DNA from: Octopus vulgaris
Lineage: Eukaryota
Reading direction: 5' to 3'
Assembly (NCBI GenBank): GCA_951406725.2
Contig: OX597822.1
Coordinates: forward strand, 71,300,001-71,364,000
DNA length: 64,000 nucleotides
Of the stretch, positions 24,381-37,551 are shown in pieces (positions within the stretch are counted from its first letter, which is position 1; each line of letters begins with the position of its first letter). A program made the translations under genes and the position numbers. The notes below the pieces were generated by a model. That model had not been told where the DNA came from. It made no database searches and saw only the letters and a program-made list of their open reading frames with translations.

Positions 24381-25362
24381 GTCAGAATTGTTAGCACACC
24401 GGGTGAAATGCTTAGTGCAATTTCATCTGCTGCTACATTCTGAGTTCAAATTCTGCCAAGGTCGACTTTGCCTTTCATTCTTTCAGGGTTGATTAAATAA
24501 GTACCAGTTACACACTGAAATCGGTATAATCAACTTAATCCCTTCCTCCAAGCTGCCCTTGTGGCAAAAATTTGAAATCATTATTAAGCTTGGAATATAA
24601 ACAAACATAAAATTTTAGGTACTGTCTCAGGTAGGTTGGCATTGAAAGGAAAATGGGTGAGGATATAATTTAACACCAAATAAAATGTTGATTTGGTACC
24701 TATTAATAATTCCTAAGTTAAATGAAACAGCAGTGAAAATTGTTTGACCCAGAAACTCAATGAAATACACACTGAAGGATTGAACCTAGTACCTCTGTGC
24801 ACTTTACCCGCTCAGCAATCTGTACATATATGAGGTGGTATCACAAAGTTCCTGGACTTGTTCTGTAGCGCACCAACAAGTGGCAGTGCACAGCTGCATG
24901 CACAATGACAGATGGAAGTGATCCTCATGAGGCAGTGACATCACTGTGTTTATTTTGCAAGTTGTGAAATTTGTGTGTTTGTGATCACATGTATGCTGTA
25001 ATCTGCGATTTTGACATGGACAGGAACAAAGAGCCAATGTGAAATTTTGTGTTAAACTTCAGAAGTCTGCTGCATAGACATTGAGCATTCTTCGACAGGC
25101 TTATGGTAATGAGGCAATGGGTCATGCACAATGTTTTGAGTGGCACGGGTGTTTCAAAAGTGGAAGAATGTTCTTGGAAAACGATGAGCAATCTGGAAGA
25201 CCTGCCACAAGTGTCACCTTTGGAAATGTGGCATTATGCATTGAGAATTCCTACCCCAGTGCCAGACTGTCAATTGAGAATTCTACTGTGCGGTTTTGAA
25301 GCATTTGAGAGAGGACATTCAGTGGAAGTGACTGGATTGGTGGAGCACGAAGAATTGGATTT

Positions 25363-25597
25363 GAAGAAGGCGGTGAGGTGGCAGAATCGTTAGCATGCCA
25401 GGCGAAATGCTTAGATGTACTTCTTCTGCTATGTTCTAAGTTCAAATTCCGCCGAGGTCAACCTTGCCTTTCATCTTTTTGGGGTCGATAAATTAAGTAC
25501 CAATTACGCACTGGGGTCGATATAATCGACTTAATCCCTTTGTCTGTCCTTGTTTGTCCCCTGTATGTTTAGCCCCTTGTGGCCAATAAAGAAATAT
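25363..25597 (+). mobile_element. SINE family B with 14-bp TSD
   Basis: TSD gaagaattggattt at 25349-25362 and 25598-25611. Confidence 0.9.
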
Positions 25598-25950
25598 GAA
25601 GAATTGGATTTTTCATGATGACAATGCACCCTGTCATGAAGCTCTCTTCACTTGTGAGTTTCTTGCCAAAAAATAACATGGTACAACTCACACACCTGCC
25701 CTATTTGCCAGATTTAACATCAGTGGACTTCCATATCTTCCCCAAGATGAAAATGCAGCTGAAAGGTTACCATTCTAACAACATTGTCAAGATTAAGAGT
25801 GAATCACAGAAGGTCCTCAAATCACATACAGAAAATGACTTCCAGGCTGGATTCCAAGAGTGGCAGGATTGCTGGAACTGGTGTATTGCTGTGCAAGATG
25901 ATTATTTCGAAAAAGATGATGTTAAAATTTAGGTAAATAAGTTATTTCTT

Positions 25951-26187
25951 GAAAATTACTATTTTAAAATCTCACAATGTGAGATATTCAGCAACAGTAC
26001 TTTGTAGTAAAGATTGTTTGCCAACATAACATGGCAGTTCTGGTTTAGGACTAATGTTGTTGTAATTAAGCACCAGGAGACATCGTCGTATAGCCAGCTG
26101 GAGACGATGTCTCCTGGGGCTAAATTACAGCAACATTAGTCCTAAACCAGGACTGCCATGTTATGTTGGCAAACAATCTTTACTGCA
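25951..26187. mobile_element. Fold-back insertion (89-bp arms, 15-nt loop) with 12-bp TSD
   Basis: Arms 25999-26087 / 26103-26191 with 5 mismatches; TSD aagttatttctt at 25939-25950 and 26188-26199. Confidence 0.85.
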
Positions 26188-26429
26188 AAGTTATTTCTTA
26201 TTAAACCTAGGTGGTTCTGGAACTGTTTGATACCACCTTGTACATGTATTCTGAGACAGACATAACTAAATACACAAATAACAGAAATAGAGCTGTTTAT
26301 GGAAAACTTATTGGTTGTTGTTGCTTATTAAGATACACCAAAGAATTTTGGGGAGAAAATGATTAGTGAAGCTAAGATCCCCAATAATTCCATAGATTTG
26401 TTTCATTCTGTAAATGTTTAGAGCAATAT

Positions 26430-26850
26430 ACTTTTCTTCTCTAGGCACATGGCCTGAAATTTTTGCGGAGGGGGCCAGTCGATTAGATCGATCCCAGTAC
26501 ACAACTGGTACTTAATTTATTGACAATGAAAAGATGAAAGGCAAAGTCGACCTCGGTGGAATTTGAACTCAGAACATTTCGCCTGGCATGCTAACATTTC
26601 TGCCACTTCACCGCCTTGATATCAAAACAAATATTCTTTTCTACTCTAGGCACAAGGTCCCAAATTTTTGGGGAGTGGGGCTAGGCAATTAGATCAACCC
26701 AAGTACGCAACTGGTACTTAATTTATCAATTCTGGAAGGATGAAAGGCAAAGTTGACCTCGCCAGAATTTGAACTCAGAACGTAAAGACAGACGAAATGC
26801 TGCTAAGCATTTCACCCAGTGTTTTAATGTTTCTGCCAGCTCGCCACCTT
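26430..26850 (-). mobile_element. SINE family B dimer inside one TSD
   Basis: TSD tgtttagagcaatat at 26415-26429 and 26851-26865. Confidence 0.85.
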
Positions 26851-27064
26851 TGTTTAGAGCAATATTTCCAATAATTCAGATAACTTAAAACAGTGCCAAA
26901 TTTTAAAGCTGTCAATCTATTTGGACAGGGCAACACTTTCCAGATACAAAGGAAGCTGTACTTGTGTAAGTACTTAGTTGCTTTTCAATTATTCTTTCAA
27001 AACATTTTGAATCAGTGTGCCAAAATGATTGTCATCTTATTTGATACAGACACACATACATGCT

Positions 27065-27135
<71 letters not shown>

Positions 27136-27213
27136 GTATATATATATATGTGTATATATATATATGTATGTATATATGTATATATATGTGTGTGTGTGTA
27201 TATATATATATAT

Positions 27214-27248
<35 letters not shown>

Positions 27249-28124
27249 TGTTTGGTGTCCGTTTTGCATGCTGGTATGGGTTGGATGGTTTTCCAGGCTC
27301 CAATTTGATCTAGCAATGTTTCTACAGCTGGATGCCCTTCCTAACGCCAAACACTCCTAGAGTGTAGTAGGTGCTTTTTACATACCACCAGCAGGCGAGC
27401 CAGTCAGGTGGAACTGGCATCAGCCACATTCAGATGGAGCTTTTTACGTGCCACCAGCACAGGAGTCAGTTGGGGTGATGAGACTATGTTTGAATGGTGC
27501 TTTTTACATGCCACTGGCATGGGGAGCCAGTCAGGCAGCACTGGCAATGACCTACGCATGAATGGTAATTATTGCGTGCCACCAGCATGAGAGCAAGTCA
27601 GGTAGCACTGGCATCGGCCACAATTACAATTCCTATTTGATAGCGATTTGATTTGATTTGATTTTGATTTTGATTTTGATTTTGATTTTACTTGACTCAA
27701 TAGATGGCATTTAAATAATGGTAGGAAGCCATCTAGGACTCACTATCTAGGTGGGCCTACCTCCTTTAGAGTGTCAGGAACTATCATCATCTTCATCATC
27801 ATCATCATCATCGTTTAACATCCGCTTTCCGTGCTGGGTAGTTTGACCGAGGTCTGGCGAGCCAATGGGCTGCACCAGGCTCCAATCTGATCTGGCAAAA
27901 TTTCTGTTAAAGTTTGTTTCTAAGACGTTTCTGTTTACAGAAGCAGTAAGTATATGGCAGAGGGAGTGGCTAGGCTGCATGTGGTTGGAATTTGAATGCA
28001 GAACTTTTGGGAAGAAGGAAAGGAGGCGTCATCTTTATAGGAGCAAGTGTGGAATAAATAAAAAGGTTACATCAGGGGATTAGAGAAGGAATGGTATGAG
28101 AGCTGTAATGATAATATAATAGGA

Positions 28125-28790
28125 AATGGAGTGTGAGAGAGAAAGAGTGAGATGGAGAGAGAGAGAGAGAAAGAGAGGGAGAGTGTGTGTGTGTGTGTGC
28201 ATGGGCATGTGTCTAAGCATAAGTATGAAGGAAAGAGAGAAGAAAAGAAGGAGGTAGAGAGAGGTAGAGAGAAATAGAGGGAGAGAGAGTAAGAGGGAGG
28301 AAAAGAGGGAGAGAGGAGAGAGAGTAAGAGAAAGAGGGAGAGAAAGAGATGAGAGAGAGACTAAGAGGGAAGAAAAGAGGGAGAGGGGAGAGAGAGTAAG
28401 AGAAAGAGGGAGAGAAAGAGAAAGAGATGAGAGAGGGAGAGAGAGAATAAGAGGGAGGAAAAGAGAGATAGAGAGAGTAAAAGAAAGATGGAGAGAAAGA
28501 GGATGAGAGAGGGAGAGAGAGGGAGAGGAAGGAAAAGAGAGAGAGGGGCAAGAGAGTAAGAGAAAGAGGGAGAGAAAGAGAGTGAGAGATTGTGTGTTTG
28601 AGAGTGTGTGTTTGTGTGTGTGTGCATGTGTGTGAGCATATGTATGATGGAAAGAGAGAGGAAGAGAGGGAGGTAGAGAGAGGGAGAGGGAGTAAGAGAG
28701 AGAGGGAAACAGAGTGAGAGGGAGGATAAGAGAGAGGGAGTGAGTAGAGAAAAAGGAAGAGAGAGTGAGAGAGAGAGAAAGAGAGATTCA
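28125..28790. repeat. GA-rich low-complexity tract with internal gagagagtaagagaaagaggg repeats
   Basis: Directly visible polypurine sequence. Confidence 0.9.
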
Positions 28791-29661
28791 CATTGCATGC
28801 CAGACAGTCAAAGACTCTTCAGATGTCAAGAATAATAAGAATCCAATGATGGAATCTTTATGTATTTAATTGATCTATTAGAAAGAGCGGATCTCCATCA
28901 AATCACATGCAACCGTCATTAAAAATCGAAGGAGACATATGTGTTCAGAATAATGGGACCCCAACACTTTGATACCTTATACAAAGATGAGATGTTCATC
29001 CTCATCTTTTATCTTTTATTTGTTTCAGTCATTGGGCTGCGGCCATACTAGGGCACCGGCACTTATTTTATTGGCCTGTTTTGCCAAGCTGCTTAGTTAG
29101 AGGGATGTAAACAAACCAGCACCAGGTGGTCAGATGGAGGACAAATGTAGACACAGAGGTACACATGCACACACTCACACAAACACACATACACATGCAC
29201 AGATGTATGCACTCATATATACATATGACAGGCTTCCACACAGTTTCCATCAACCAAATTTACTCACGAGGCATTGGATAACGTGGGGTTATAGCAGAAG
29301 ACACTTATTGTTGACTCTGAAGAGGTTTTATTGGGGTATATGCAGGGTAGAAATTGAAGCAAAAAGGATAGAAAGATAGTGGGCTTACCTGCAGAAGTGC
29401 TACTTAGAGAACCATTTTACTTATCTATAGAAAGACAAACAATGCATTTGGTCCTGTTTAAGGCCTCTTAGATTTGTCAGGAGATATAAGTTGTTCCTGG
29501 ACCAGAATTTTGGCCTGAATGCTTGCAACACAATGACCTCAATTGAAACCATTCAATAAAACTAAACTAGGAGAATGAGTAAGTCGACACACTAAAACCA
29601 GGAAAGCACCATCCGATAGGCTTTGACACAGTTTCCTATAACAAATCCAGAGTGTATTTGT

Positions 29662-29889
29662 TTAACTCTTTAGTCTTTAGGTTATTCTATCAAACGTAAT
29701 GCTTATTCATTCACACTGTTTTAAATTAACCATGCATTATCTCTTATCCTTGGGATTTTGATGATGTGATTGTTTAATGTATGATAACATTGTAGGGTAA
29801 GGTGTGAGAGTCTGGATTGGGTCAGTTTGAACATATAACAAATGGAAAATTTTGGTCAGCTGTAGCCAGTTTAAATGCTAAATGGTTAA
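29662..29889. mobile_element. piggyBac-like MITE
   Basis: TTAA-ctctttag...atgctaaatgg-TTAA; homologous to 30016-30376. Confidence 0.65.
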
Positions 29890-30015
29890 TCCCTTTACTG
29901 TGGCCTCTTTGCACAGTGCTCATTTAATTTATCCTGTAGTCATACAAAGTCCCTTTTCCTCCAGAGGTCCTATTCAACTACTTAGTTCAGCTCTCATGTT
30001 GAACTGCAACCCTTG

Positions 30016-30376
30016 TTAACCCTTAAGCATTCAGATTCCTTTGTCAAATGCAATGCTTATTTATTCACATTGCTATGAATTTATTCAACTTTATCTTACA
30101 GCTTTGAAATTTTGATAATTGATTGTTTATTTTTAGCATGGCATTGCATGGTAGGTGTGAGAGCCCTGATCTGGCTTCTTTGAACATAGAACAGGTAGAA
30201 TATTTGGGCCTGATAGGTCCTGCAGTTCTATATTTAAGAGATGAGGAATTATGTACATTATTTACATTTGACGGATATCTGTTGTGTTAACAACAAACAA
30301 GATGAGGACAAATATCCGTCAAATGTAAATAATGTAAATAATGCTGATAGGTCCTGTTTGAATATTAAAGGGTTAA
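30016..30376. mobile_element. piggyBac-like MITE with nested insertion
   Basis: TTAA-CCCTTAAGCATTCA...TGAATATTAAAGGG-TTAA. Confidence 0.75.
30223..30343. mobile_element. 121-bp fold-back insertion with 13-bp TSD
   Basis: TSD ctgataggtcctg at 30210-30222 and 30344-30356; inverted 25-mer tacattatttacatttgacggatat / atatccgtcaaatgtaaataatgta. Confidence 0.85.
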
Positions 30377-30574
30377 ATAGTGCACATCTCGTGTGAACTT
30401 CAAGTTGAGTCACATGACAGAGCAAATGCATCAAACTTAAATGTCAGGGATGTCACATATCTTGCTTCTTTTTGTAGTGCATTTTACTTCTAGCTTTTCA
30501 AACTCATGGTGTCAGAGTATGAACAAATTATCAGACTCATAGGGTTTGGAGATATGAAATAGCTTACAAATTTA

Positions 30575-30810
30575 TCTATTTTTGCAGAAGCTTCCCACAC
30601 TTTTTGTAGAAACCAGGTGGAAATTTTATGAAAGCCAGGTGCAACTTTTGTAAAAATCACATGCTGTTTTGTAAAAGCCGGGTGCAATTTTGGTAGAACC
30701 CAGTGGCAGATTTTGCAGAAGTCCATTGAAATTTTTATAGAACCAACTGCACTTGTTATAGATACCAGCCGTGCTTATAAAACCAGCTGCTCTTATAAAG
30801 CCAGCAATAC
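30575..30810. repeat. Degenerate minisatellite, period about 18-22 bp (ttttgtagaaaccaggtgca-like)
   Basis: About ten diverged units visible. Confidence 0.65.
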
Positions 30811-31187
30811 TCAAAATCAAATGTAGTCACCCAGATTAAACATTGTCCCTAAATGTAGACATAAATCAAATGAGCTCACACAGATCAAATGTAACGATTT
30901 CAAATTTTAGTACAAGCTCAGCAGTTTTAGGGAAGAGGGTAAGATAATTACAAGCCCCAGCACTTCTACTGGTGCTTGTTTTATTAACCCTGAAAAGATG
31001 AAAGGCAAAGTTCACACTGGCAGAGTTTGAACTTAAAACATGAAGATGGATGACAATGTCACTAAACATTTTGTCCAGCATAACTAATGATTCTGCGAGC
31101 TCAGTGTCTTACACAGATAAGATATAATACAAATTGCCTTGTAAAATGTTTGTCAAAAGACAAATCTGTAGTTACAAGAGGTTAGTT

Positions 31188-31538
31188 GGAGTAAAGATTT
31201 GTTTGCCAACATAACATGGCAGTCCTGGTTTAGGACGAATGTTGCTGTAACTTAGCCCCAGGAGACATGGTCTCCAGCTGGCTATCTGTGTCGTGATTTC
31301 CTGGAAATTGTGATACACAGATATTGTTTTGAGCTGAGTGAGGGTGCTAGATTCCCTTGTTCGAAAATATAAGAACACAGATTGTGTCATGTAGCCAGCT
31401 GGATATGATGTCTCCTGGGGCTAAATTGCAGCAACATTCGTCATAAACCAGGACTGCCATGTTATGTTGGCAAACAATCTTTACCCCAAAGTACTCTTGC
31501 TTAATATCTCTTGTGGGATTTGCAAATAGTAATTTTTT
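31188..31538. mobile_element. Second fold-back insertion of the 25951 family, with TSD
   Basis: Same arm sequence; TSD aagaggttagtt 31176-31187 / aagaggtcagtt 31539-31550. Confidence 0.85.
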
Positions 31539-32530
31539 AAGAGGTCAGTTTACCTCTGTAACCCTTTTTGTCACTAAATGGAGTTAGAAAATATTTTTGA
31601 ATGTAAAAAAACCCCCAAAGAAGTTATAGAATATATCTAACTTGGTGCATATAAAGCTATAAGTTTATATAATGTCTCTTCCTAGGTATATATAAACAAA
31701 TATAAGGTTATATAATGTCTAATTTGGTATGTATAGACCAACAAGATTAAATAATGTCTTTGTATAAATGAACATAAACCAAAAAATTTATAGGAATATT
31801 TTTTCTCTGAAATTTTCAAAATTATTTTTAAGATTTCAAAGCCAAAAAGTGTAAAATATGCGTAAAATATAAATAGAGAAAATCTATCATTGTTAAAAAA
31901 CTAAATCCTAGCAAGCTTGCCAAAAATGTTATTCCATTTTCCATCTGTTTTTTTTCAAATTTTTCTAAGTAACTTTAAATATAATGCAAAACAATAATGA
32001 AAAGATAGTTCAGCTCAGAATTCCAGTGCTACCTACTTTCCAAATGTATATAATATAGATATGTATGTCTGCGGTATATAAATACTAAAATAACTTTAAA
32101 TGTACATTTTTTTTTACCTTTTTTCTTCCATTTTAGTAGAAATAATCATGTTACTTGAGCCCGGTTAACTTGGACCATTTACAGCCACAGTTACTATTTT
32201 TTGGCACTTTCTGCCACTTTTTAAATAGACATCACTCATTTGATGATTTGTCTCTTAGGCCATCATAAGCAACTTGGCAATATATTAATAGACTAAGGCA
32301 GTGAGCTGGCTGACTCATTAGCATGCTGGGCAAAATGTTTAGTGGTATTTCATCTGAGTTCAAATGCTGCCAAGGTTGACTTTATCTTTTGAGGTCGATA
32401 AAATTATTTCCTGTCAAGCACTGGTGTCAATGTAATCGAGTTAACCCCTCTCCTGAAATTGCTGAAACCAATATATTAATAGAATATTGGCACCTGACTT
32501 TTTCCTTGTTTAATCTCATCTTCGTTAAGT

Positions 32531-33482
32531 ATACAGGTATGAGCAAAAGTAGGTGTACAGTTACTTACTCTGAGTGGAATATTCTCTACATTCTTCTATT
32601 TTATTTTTTAAAACCTAAGTGATTCCTAAGTCAGCGACTGGATCTGCAGGAGACGCCTCGCTCATTGGAAACCCTCTTGTTTTGATTTCTGAGGACTTTG
32701 AGTGAATTCTTGAATAACATGCATTTTGTTTACTTCAGTGGTAACACTGATTGATCAATCATTTCTCTGTGCATTGCAGATGGACCCAGTCTGCTCAAAT
32801 TTGTCATGTATTCTGTAAAGGTTTAATCTTGATGGAGATGGTCTTTGAAATTCTTTAGTCCATTTTTGTCTAACCACTTCTGCATTTCCTGTTTGCCAGG
32901 ACTGCTTGATTATACACTTTCATTCATTGTTGGTCAAATTTCCAGCCATATAATAGATATCTGAAAGTAAGAATAATTATTTTATTATAGGTGCAGGAGT
33001 GGCTGTGTGGTAAGTAGCTTGCTTACCAACCACATGGTTCCGGGTTCAGTCCCACTGCGTGGCACCTTGGGCTGACCAAAGACTTATGAGTGGATTTGGT
33101 AGATGGAAACTGAAAGAAGCTTGTCGTATAAATGTGTGTGTGTGTGTGTATGTTTGTGAGTCTGTGTTTGTCCCCAACATCGCTTGACAACCGATGCTGG
33201 TGTGGATGCTGGTGTGTTTACGTCCCCACAACTTAGTGGTTCGGCAAGAGAGACCGATAGAATAAGTATTAGGCTTACAAAGAATAAGTCCTGGGGTCGA
33301 TTTGCTCAACTAAAGGCAGTGCTCCAGCATGGCCACTGTCAAATGACTGAAACAAATAAAAGAATAAAAGAATATAGAAAAAATTAGTTAAAAAGAAGAT
33401 AGAATCACAGAATTCTTATTCTAAAAAAGAGATAGGGAAATGAAAAGAACATTCTTCTCATATTAAGAAACTATGTACCTAC
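32531..33482 (-). mobile_element. Decayed Tc1-like element interrupted by SINE family A (32990-33372)
   Basis: TA-CAGGTATGAGCAAAAGTAGG terminus; minus-strand KFEQTGSI HTH-like remnant. Confidence 0.45.
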
Positions 33483-33524
33483 AGTAAGTGGAGGTACGTG
33501 GCCTAGTGGTTAGAGCAGCGGAGA

Positions 33525-34012
33525 AATGTTAGCACGCTAGGTGAACTGCTTAGTGGTATTTCGTCTGCCGTTACGTTTTGAGTTCAAATTCTGCTGAGGT
33601 CGACTTTGCCTTTCATCCTTTCGGGGTCGATAAATTAAGTACCAGTTACACACTGGGGTCGATGTTATCGACTTAATCCCTTTGTCTGTCCTTGTTTGTC
33701 CCCTCTATGTTTAGCCCCTTGTGGGTAATAAAGAAATAAGAAATGTTAGCATGCTGAGTTCAAATTCTGCTGAGGTTGACTTTGCCTTTCATCCTTTCAG
33801 GGTCGATAAATTAAGTACAAGTTGGATACGGGGGTTGATCTAATCAATTGGCCCCTCTCCCCAAAAGTTTTGGGCCTCGTGCCTGGAGCAGAAAAGAATA
33901 TTCAAGTTAATAAGGTGGCGTGCTGGCAGAAATGCTTAGCGATATTATGTCAATCTTTACGTTCTGAGTTCAAATTCCCCCAAAATTTCAGGCCTTGTGC
34001 CTGGAGTAGAAA
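33525..34012 (+). mobile_element. Tandem SINE family B fragments
   Basis: Repeated gagttcaaattc...gcctttcatcctttc.gggtcgataaattaagtac. Confidence 0.8.
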
Positions 34013-34609
34013 AAAATAAGGACCACTTCTGTTGTATATTTGAATCATGAAAAATAAAATAACCAGCTACAAAAGTATTTGCTGCAATAAAATGCTGAAG
34101 TTCAAACATATTGGAAACTAAATTGCGTGTAAAACAACAAAATTAAGTAATCTATGTATCGTTTGTTTTCTTCTATTTATTTTATTTGTAATCACAAACT
34201 CCATTATTTCAACTGATGTCTGCAGACAAACATGGCCCATAACAACCAGCCATTACGGTCCTCAGCTTCTCACTCCTAGAATCAGTGCAGCAGTTTGAAA
34301 TGTTGGAAATAGTTTTCAAAAATTTTGCCATGTTTTTCTTAATTGTAATGAGTCGACAGAAAAAGAAAAGAAGAAAAGAAAAGGAAAAACATGAAATTTG
34401 TTTATTTCAAACCAATGATTTTTCAAAATTCTTTTGAAGCCTGTATCCTAACTGAATTAATTTAGTGATAACCTGATAAATAATTTTGATAAAAGAGATT
34501 GCTTTTGAAAATTTAAATATTGATGAGTTAAGTGGAAAATCTTGTGACAGCCTCCAAGCTAAAGACAAGCTAAAGAAATTTGGAAATATTGTTTCTACCA
34601 TCCAACATC

Positions 34610-34830
34610 CACAGCCACCATCACCACTACCACCGTCAACACCACCACCACCACCACCACCACCATCACCACCACTGCCACCCATTACCATCAGCTTTAC
34701 CACCATCACCACCTCTATCACCATCACCACTACCATTACCATCATCACCATCACCACCTCCACTATTACCATATCACTGCCATCCACTACCAACCACCAC
34801 CACCACCACCACCACCACCAGCTACAACCA
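34610..34830. repeat. (CAC/CAT)n trinucleotide tract
   Basis: Directly visible. Confidence 0.9.
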
Positions 34831-35122
34831 TCACTAACGCTATTGACAACAAATTTCATAAATGTAAATATTTTACAGAAAATTTAAAAAGTAGAAGCCA
34901 ACTAATAAACTAATTGATCAAAATATTAGATTTTAAAACCAGCTGAAACGGTTTCAAATTTTGACACAGGCACACAATGTATTTTTCTTGTTCTTTAACT
35001 CTAAGTCAGCTCTGAAAGGCTTTCTAGTTATGGCCATCACATCTTTTACTCTGTCAAAGTGTACCCGTGACTACAATATTTGATGTATCATTCTCATTTT
35101 AAGACAGCAGAGTGTAGTTTAA

Positions 35123-35284
35123 GAGAGTATTGGTTGCTATATCTAGCAAGCTGAATATCCACGTGGATGATCCCTCGTTAGTTCAAATTTGTTTTTGGGT
35201 TCCTCAATAGCAAAGGTTAAGAAAGTATTGGCTGCTATATCTAGCAAGCTGAATATCCACGTGGAGGATCCCTCATTAGTTCAA
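35123..35284 (+). repeat. Direct duplication of about 62 bp
   Basis: agtattgg.tgctatatctagcaagctgaatatccacgtgga.gatccctc.ttagttcaa occurs twice. Confidence 0.9.
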
Positions 35285-37238
35285 TGTGTGTGTATATGTT
35301 TGTGTGTCTGTGTTTGTCCCACCCAACATCACTTGACAACCGATGTTGGCGTGTTTACATCCCTGTAACTTAGCAGTTCGGTGAAAGAGATCGATAGAAT
35401 AAGTACTAGGCTTACAAAGAATAAGTCCTGGGGTCAGTTTGCTCGACTAAAAGGCAGTGCTCCAGCATGGCCACAGTCAAACGACTGAAACAAGTAAAAG
35501 AGTACCAAGAAACTCTTAGAAATGTTTATATTTATAGAACTATTTAACTCATGTTCTTGTAACAGTGAGTTTCCTTTGGCAAAACTTGATCTGTTAAATT
35601 TCATGTTTTATTACAGATTTTTCCACTTGATACCATATACTTAGCCCATAGTGATTTCAGACAATTGATTTTGATGCATAGATGTCCTGTCTGTTAGTAC
35701 AGGTCAACAAAAATTAACATAATACGAATAACAAAACACCAGAGCGGAGGGAAAAAACACATGTAAGAATCAATGACAAGACAGGAACAGTAAATTAAGA
35801 TTTTATTTATTGATATATTTATATATTTTTTTTGGTAAGTTTTCGAATACTTATAGAGAATTTGATTGAGAAGGTTTCGATACTTGAAGTCGAAAGAAAA
35901 GTAGCTTGTTAGCAGATTGTCTGATGAAATTTGCAGCTTGACTTGTTCAATTATTTGTAAAATGTCAGAGCTAAATTTGGTCAATCAAGTGAGAGATGGT
36001 GGAAGATAAGTTTCTTAGCTGCTCTTGGAAAGCTGAAATGACAGGTCAGAAGCTGACCTAATCTGATAATTAAGGTAGATTTTCTTTTCCTTTTTATAAC
36101 CATTGATTATGATGGTATTTGTCTTTGTGTGTGTGTACCTATGTAAGATTTTGTTCACATATGTACATGTAGAGTTCTTGTTTTTCATGTTTACATATGT
36201 CTGCTGTTGGAATAAATGTTTGACTTGTCAGGTTAATCTTTTTCAGCTATGAATGAATAAGAACTGTCCAAACCAATGATGAAAGCAGTCAGCTGGCAGA
36301 ATAATTAGCATGTTGAACGAAATGCTTACTGACATTTCCTCTGGTGCTTTATCTTCTGAGTTCAAATCCTGTTGAGGTCACCTTTGCCTTTCAACTCTTT
36401 TGGGGTTGATAAAATAAGTACTAGTGAAACAGTGGGGTTGATGTAATCAATTTGTTCCCTTCTCTCAAAATTGGTGGCACTGAATCCTGTAATGGACAGA
36501 TGTCCTGTTCAAGGGGAATATTGTGATCTTGATTCCTTACATGTCTTGGAAACTAGGGAACCAGACTAATGATTCTTAGGGCTCAAGAAAAAAATAGCGA
36601 CTAGGAAACTGTAACCTTCTGGAAGCAGTTTGAATTTTGCTTTAAAAAGCACATTTATAGTTTCATTTTTTTTTTTGCTTTATCAATAAAGCAGGGCAGG
36701 GCCCATAGCTTTTTCCAGGATCTTTGAGACTAATGGGAAAGAATGAGGAAGCTACCCTCAAATTGGAGATTTGATGTAAATGCATGCACTAGAGTGGAGT
36801 CTGCTAAAGGTATCTAAGGAACAGGCAGTGGTGTTAAGCCAAGCAAAGAATCAACTCAACTTTCAGGATTTGAACTCATAAAGAGAAGTGCTGGAATGAA
36901 TACTGCATGCTATCTTGTTGAATGCTCTAATAACTCTGCTACCCATTGTCCTATACTGGTGCTTTATTTATCTAACCTCAAAGGATGAAAGGTAAAGTTG
37001 GTTTCAGCAGGAATTGAACTCAGAGTGCAAGTAACTGGAATAAGATATTCTATCTGATGCTCTAACATTTCTGTAAAATTTATTTCTAACTTTCCTAAAG
37101 TTTTAAAAAGTATTTAAAGTTATCGCTACAGATTTTCTATATACTGTGTCCTACATGTGTTAGCAGTGCGATTTAATCACTATCTAAGATTATGTCCACA
37201 GATTTTCTTTCTCTCTCTCACTCTTCCTCTCGCTCTTA

Positions 37239-37297
<59 letters not shown>

Positions 37298-37551
37298 AAG
37301 AGAATAGAGATTTATACATCCAGTTTTATTCTGCTATCAATAATGTCCTTCCATTTCTGCACCTACATATGTTTCTGCTGTATTTCATGCACACTGCAAA
37401 ATTTTGCTTCTTGGTGTGCATTTTAGTGTAATTTGCCACTACCCTCACGGAGGTTAGCCAGCATTATTAACCAATAAAATGCTAATATGGCACCAGCTAG
37501 GATTGTATATCCCTACCAACCTAATTTGGAAACTTACCTAAATATATATAT

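Larger units (their letters stand above)
24829..26242 (+). mobile_element. Decayed mariner (DD34D) element with two nested insertions
   Basis: TIRs tatgaggtggtatcacaaagttcc / ggaactgtttgataccaccttgta; EQRANVKFCVKL...FEWHGCFKSGR...SGRP; HDDNAPCH; PYLPDLTSVDFHIFPKMK. Confidence 0.9.

Noticed and set aside
31329-31375. CTGAGTGA...GAAAATAT hammerhead-like string inside the fold-back
   Set aside because: Stem II does not abut GAAA, and there is no UH site or stem I
35694-35984. 96-aa minus-strand ORF
   Set aside because: AT-rich chance ORF with no ATG start, splice support or motif
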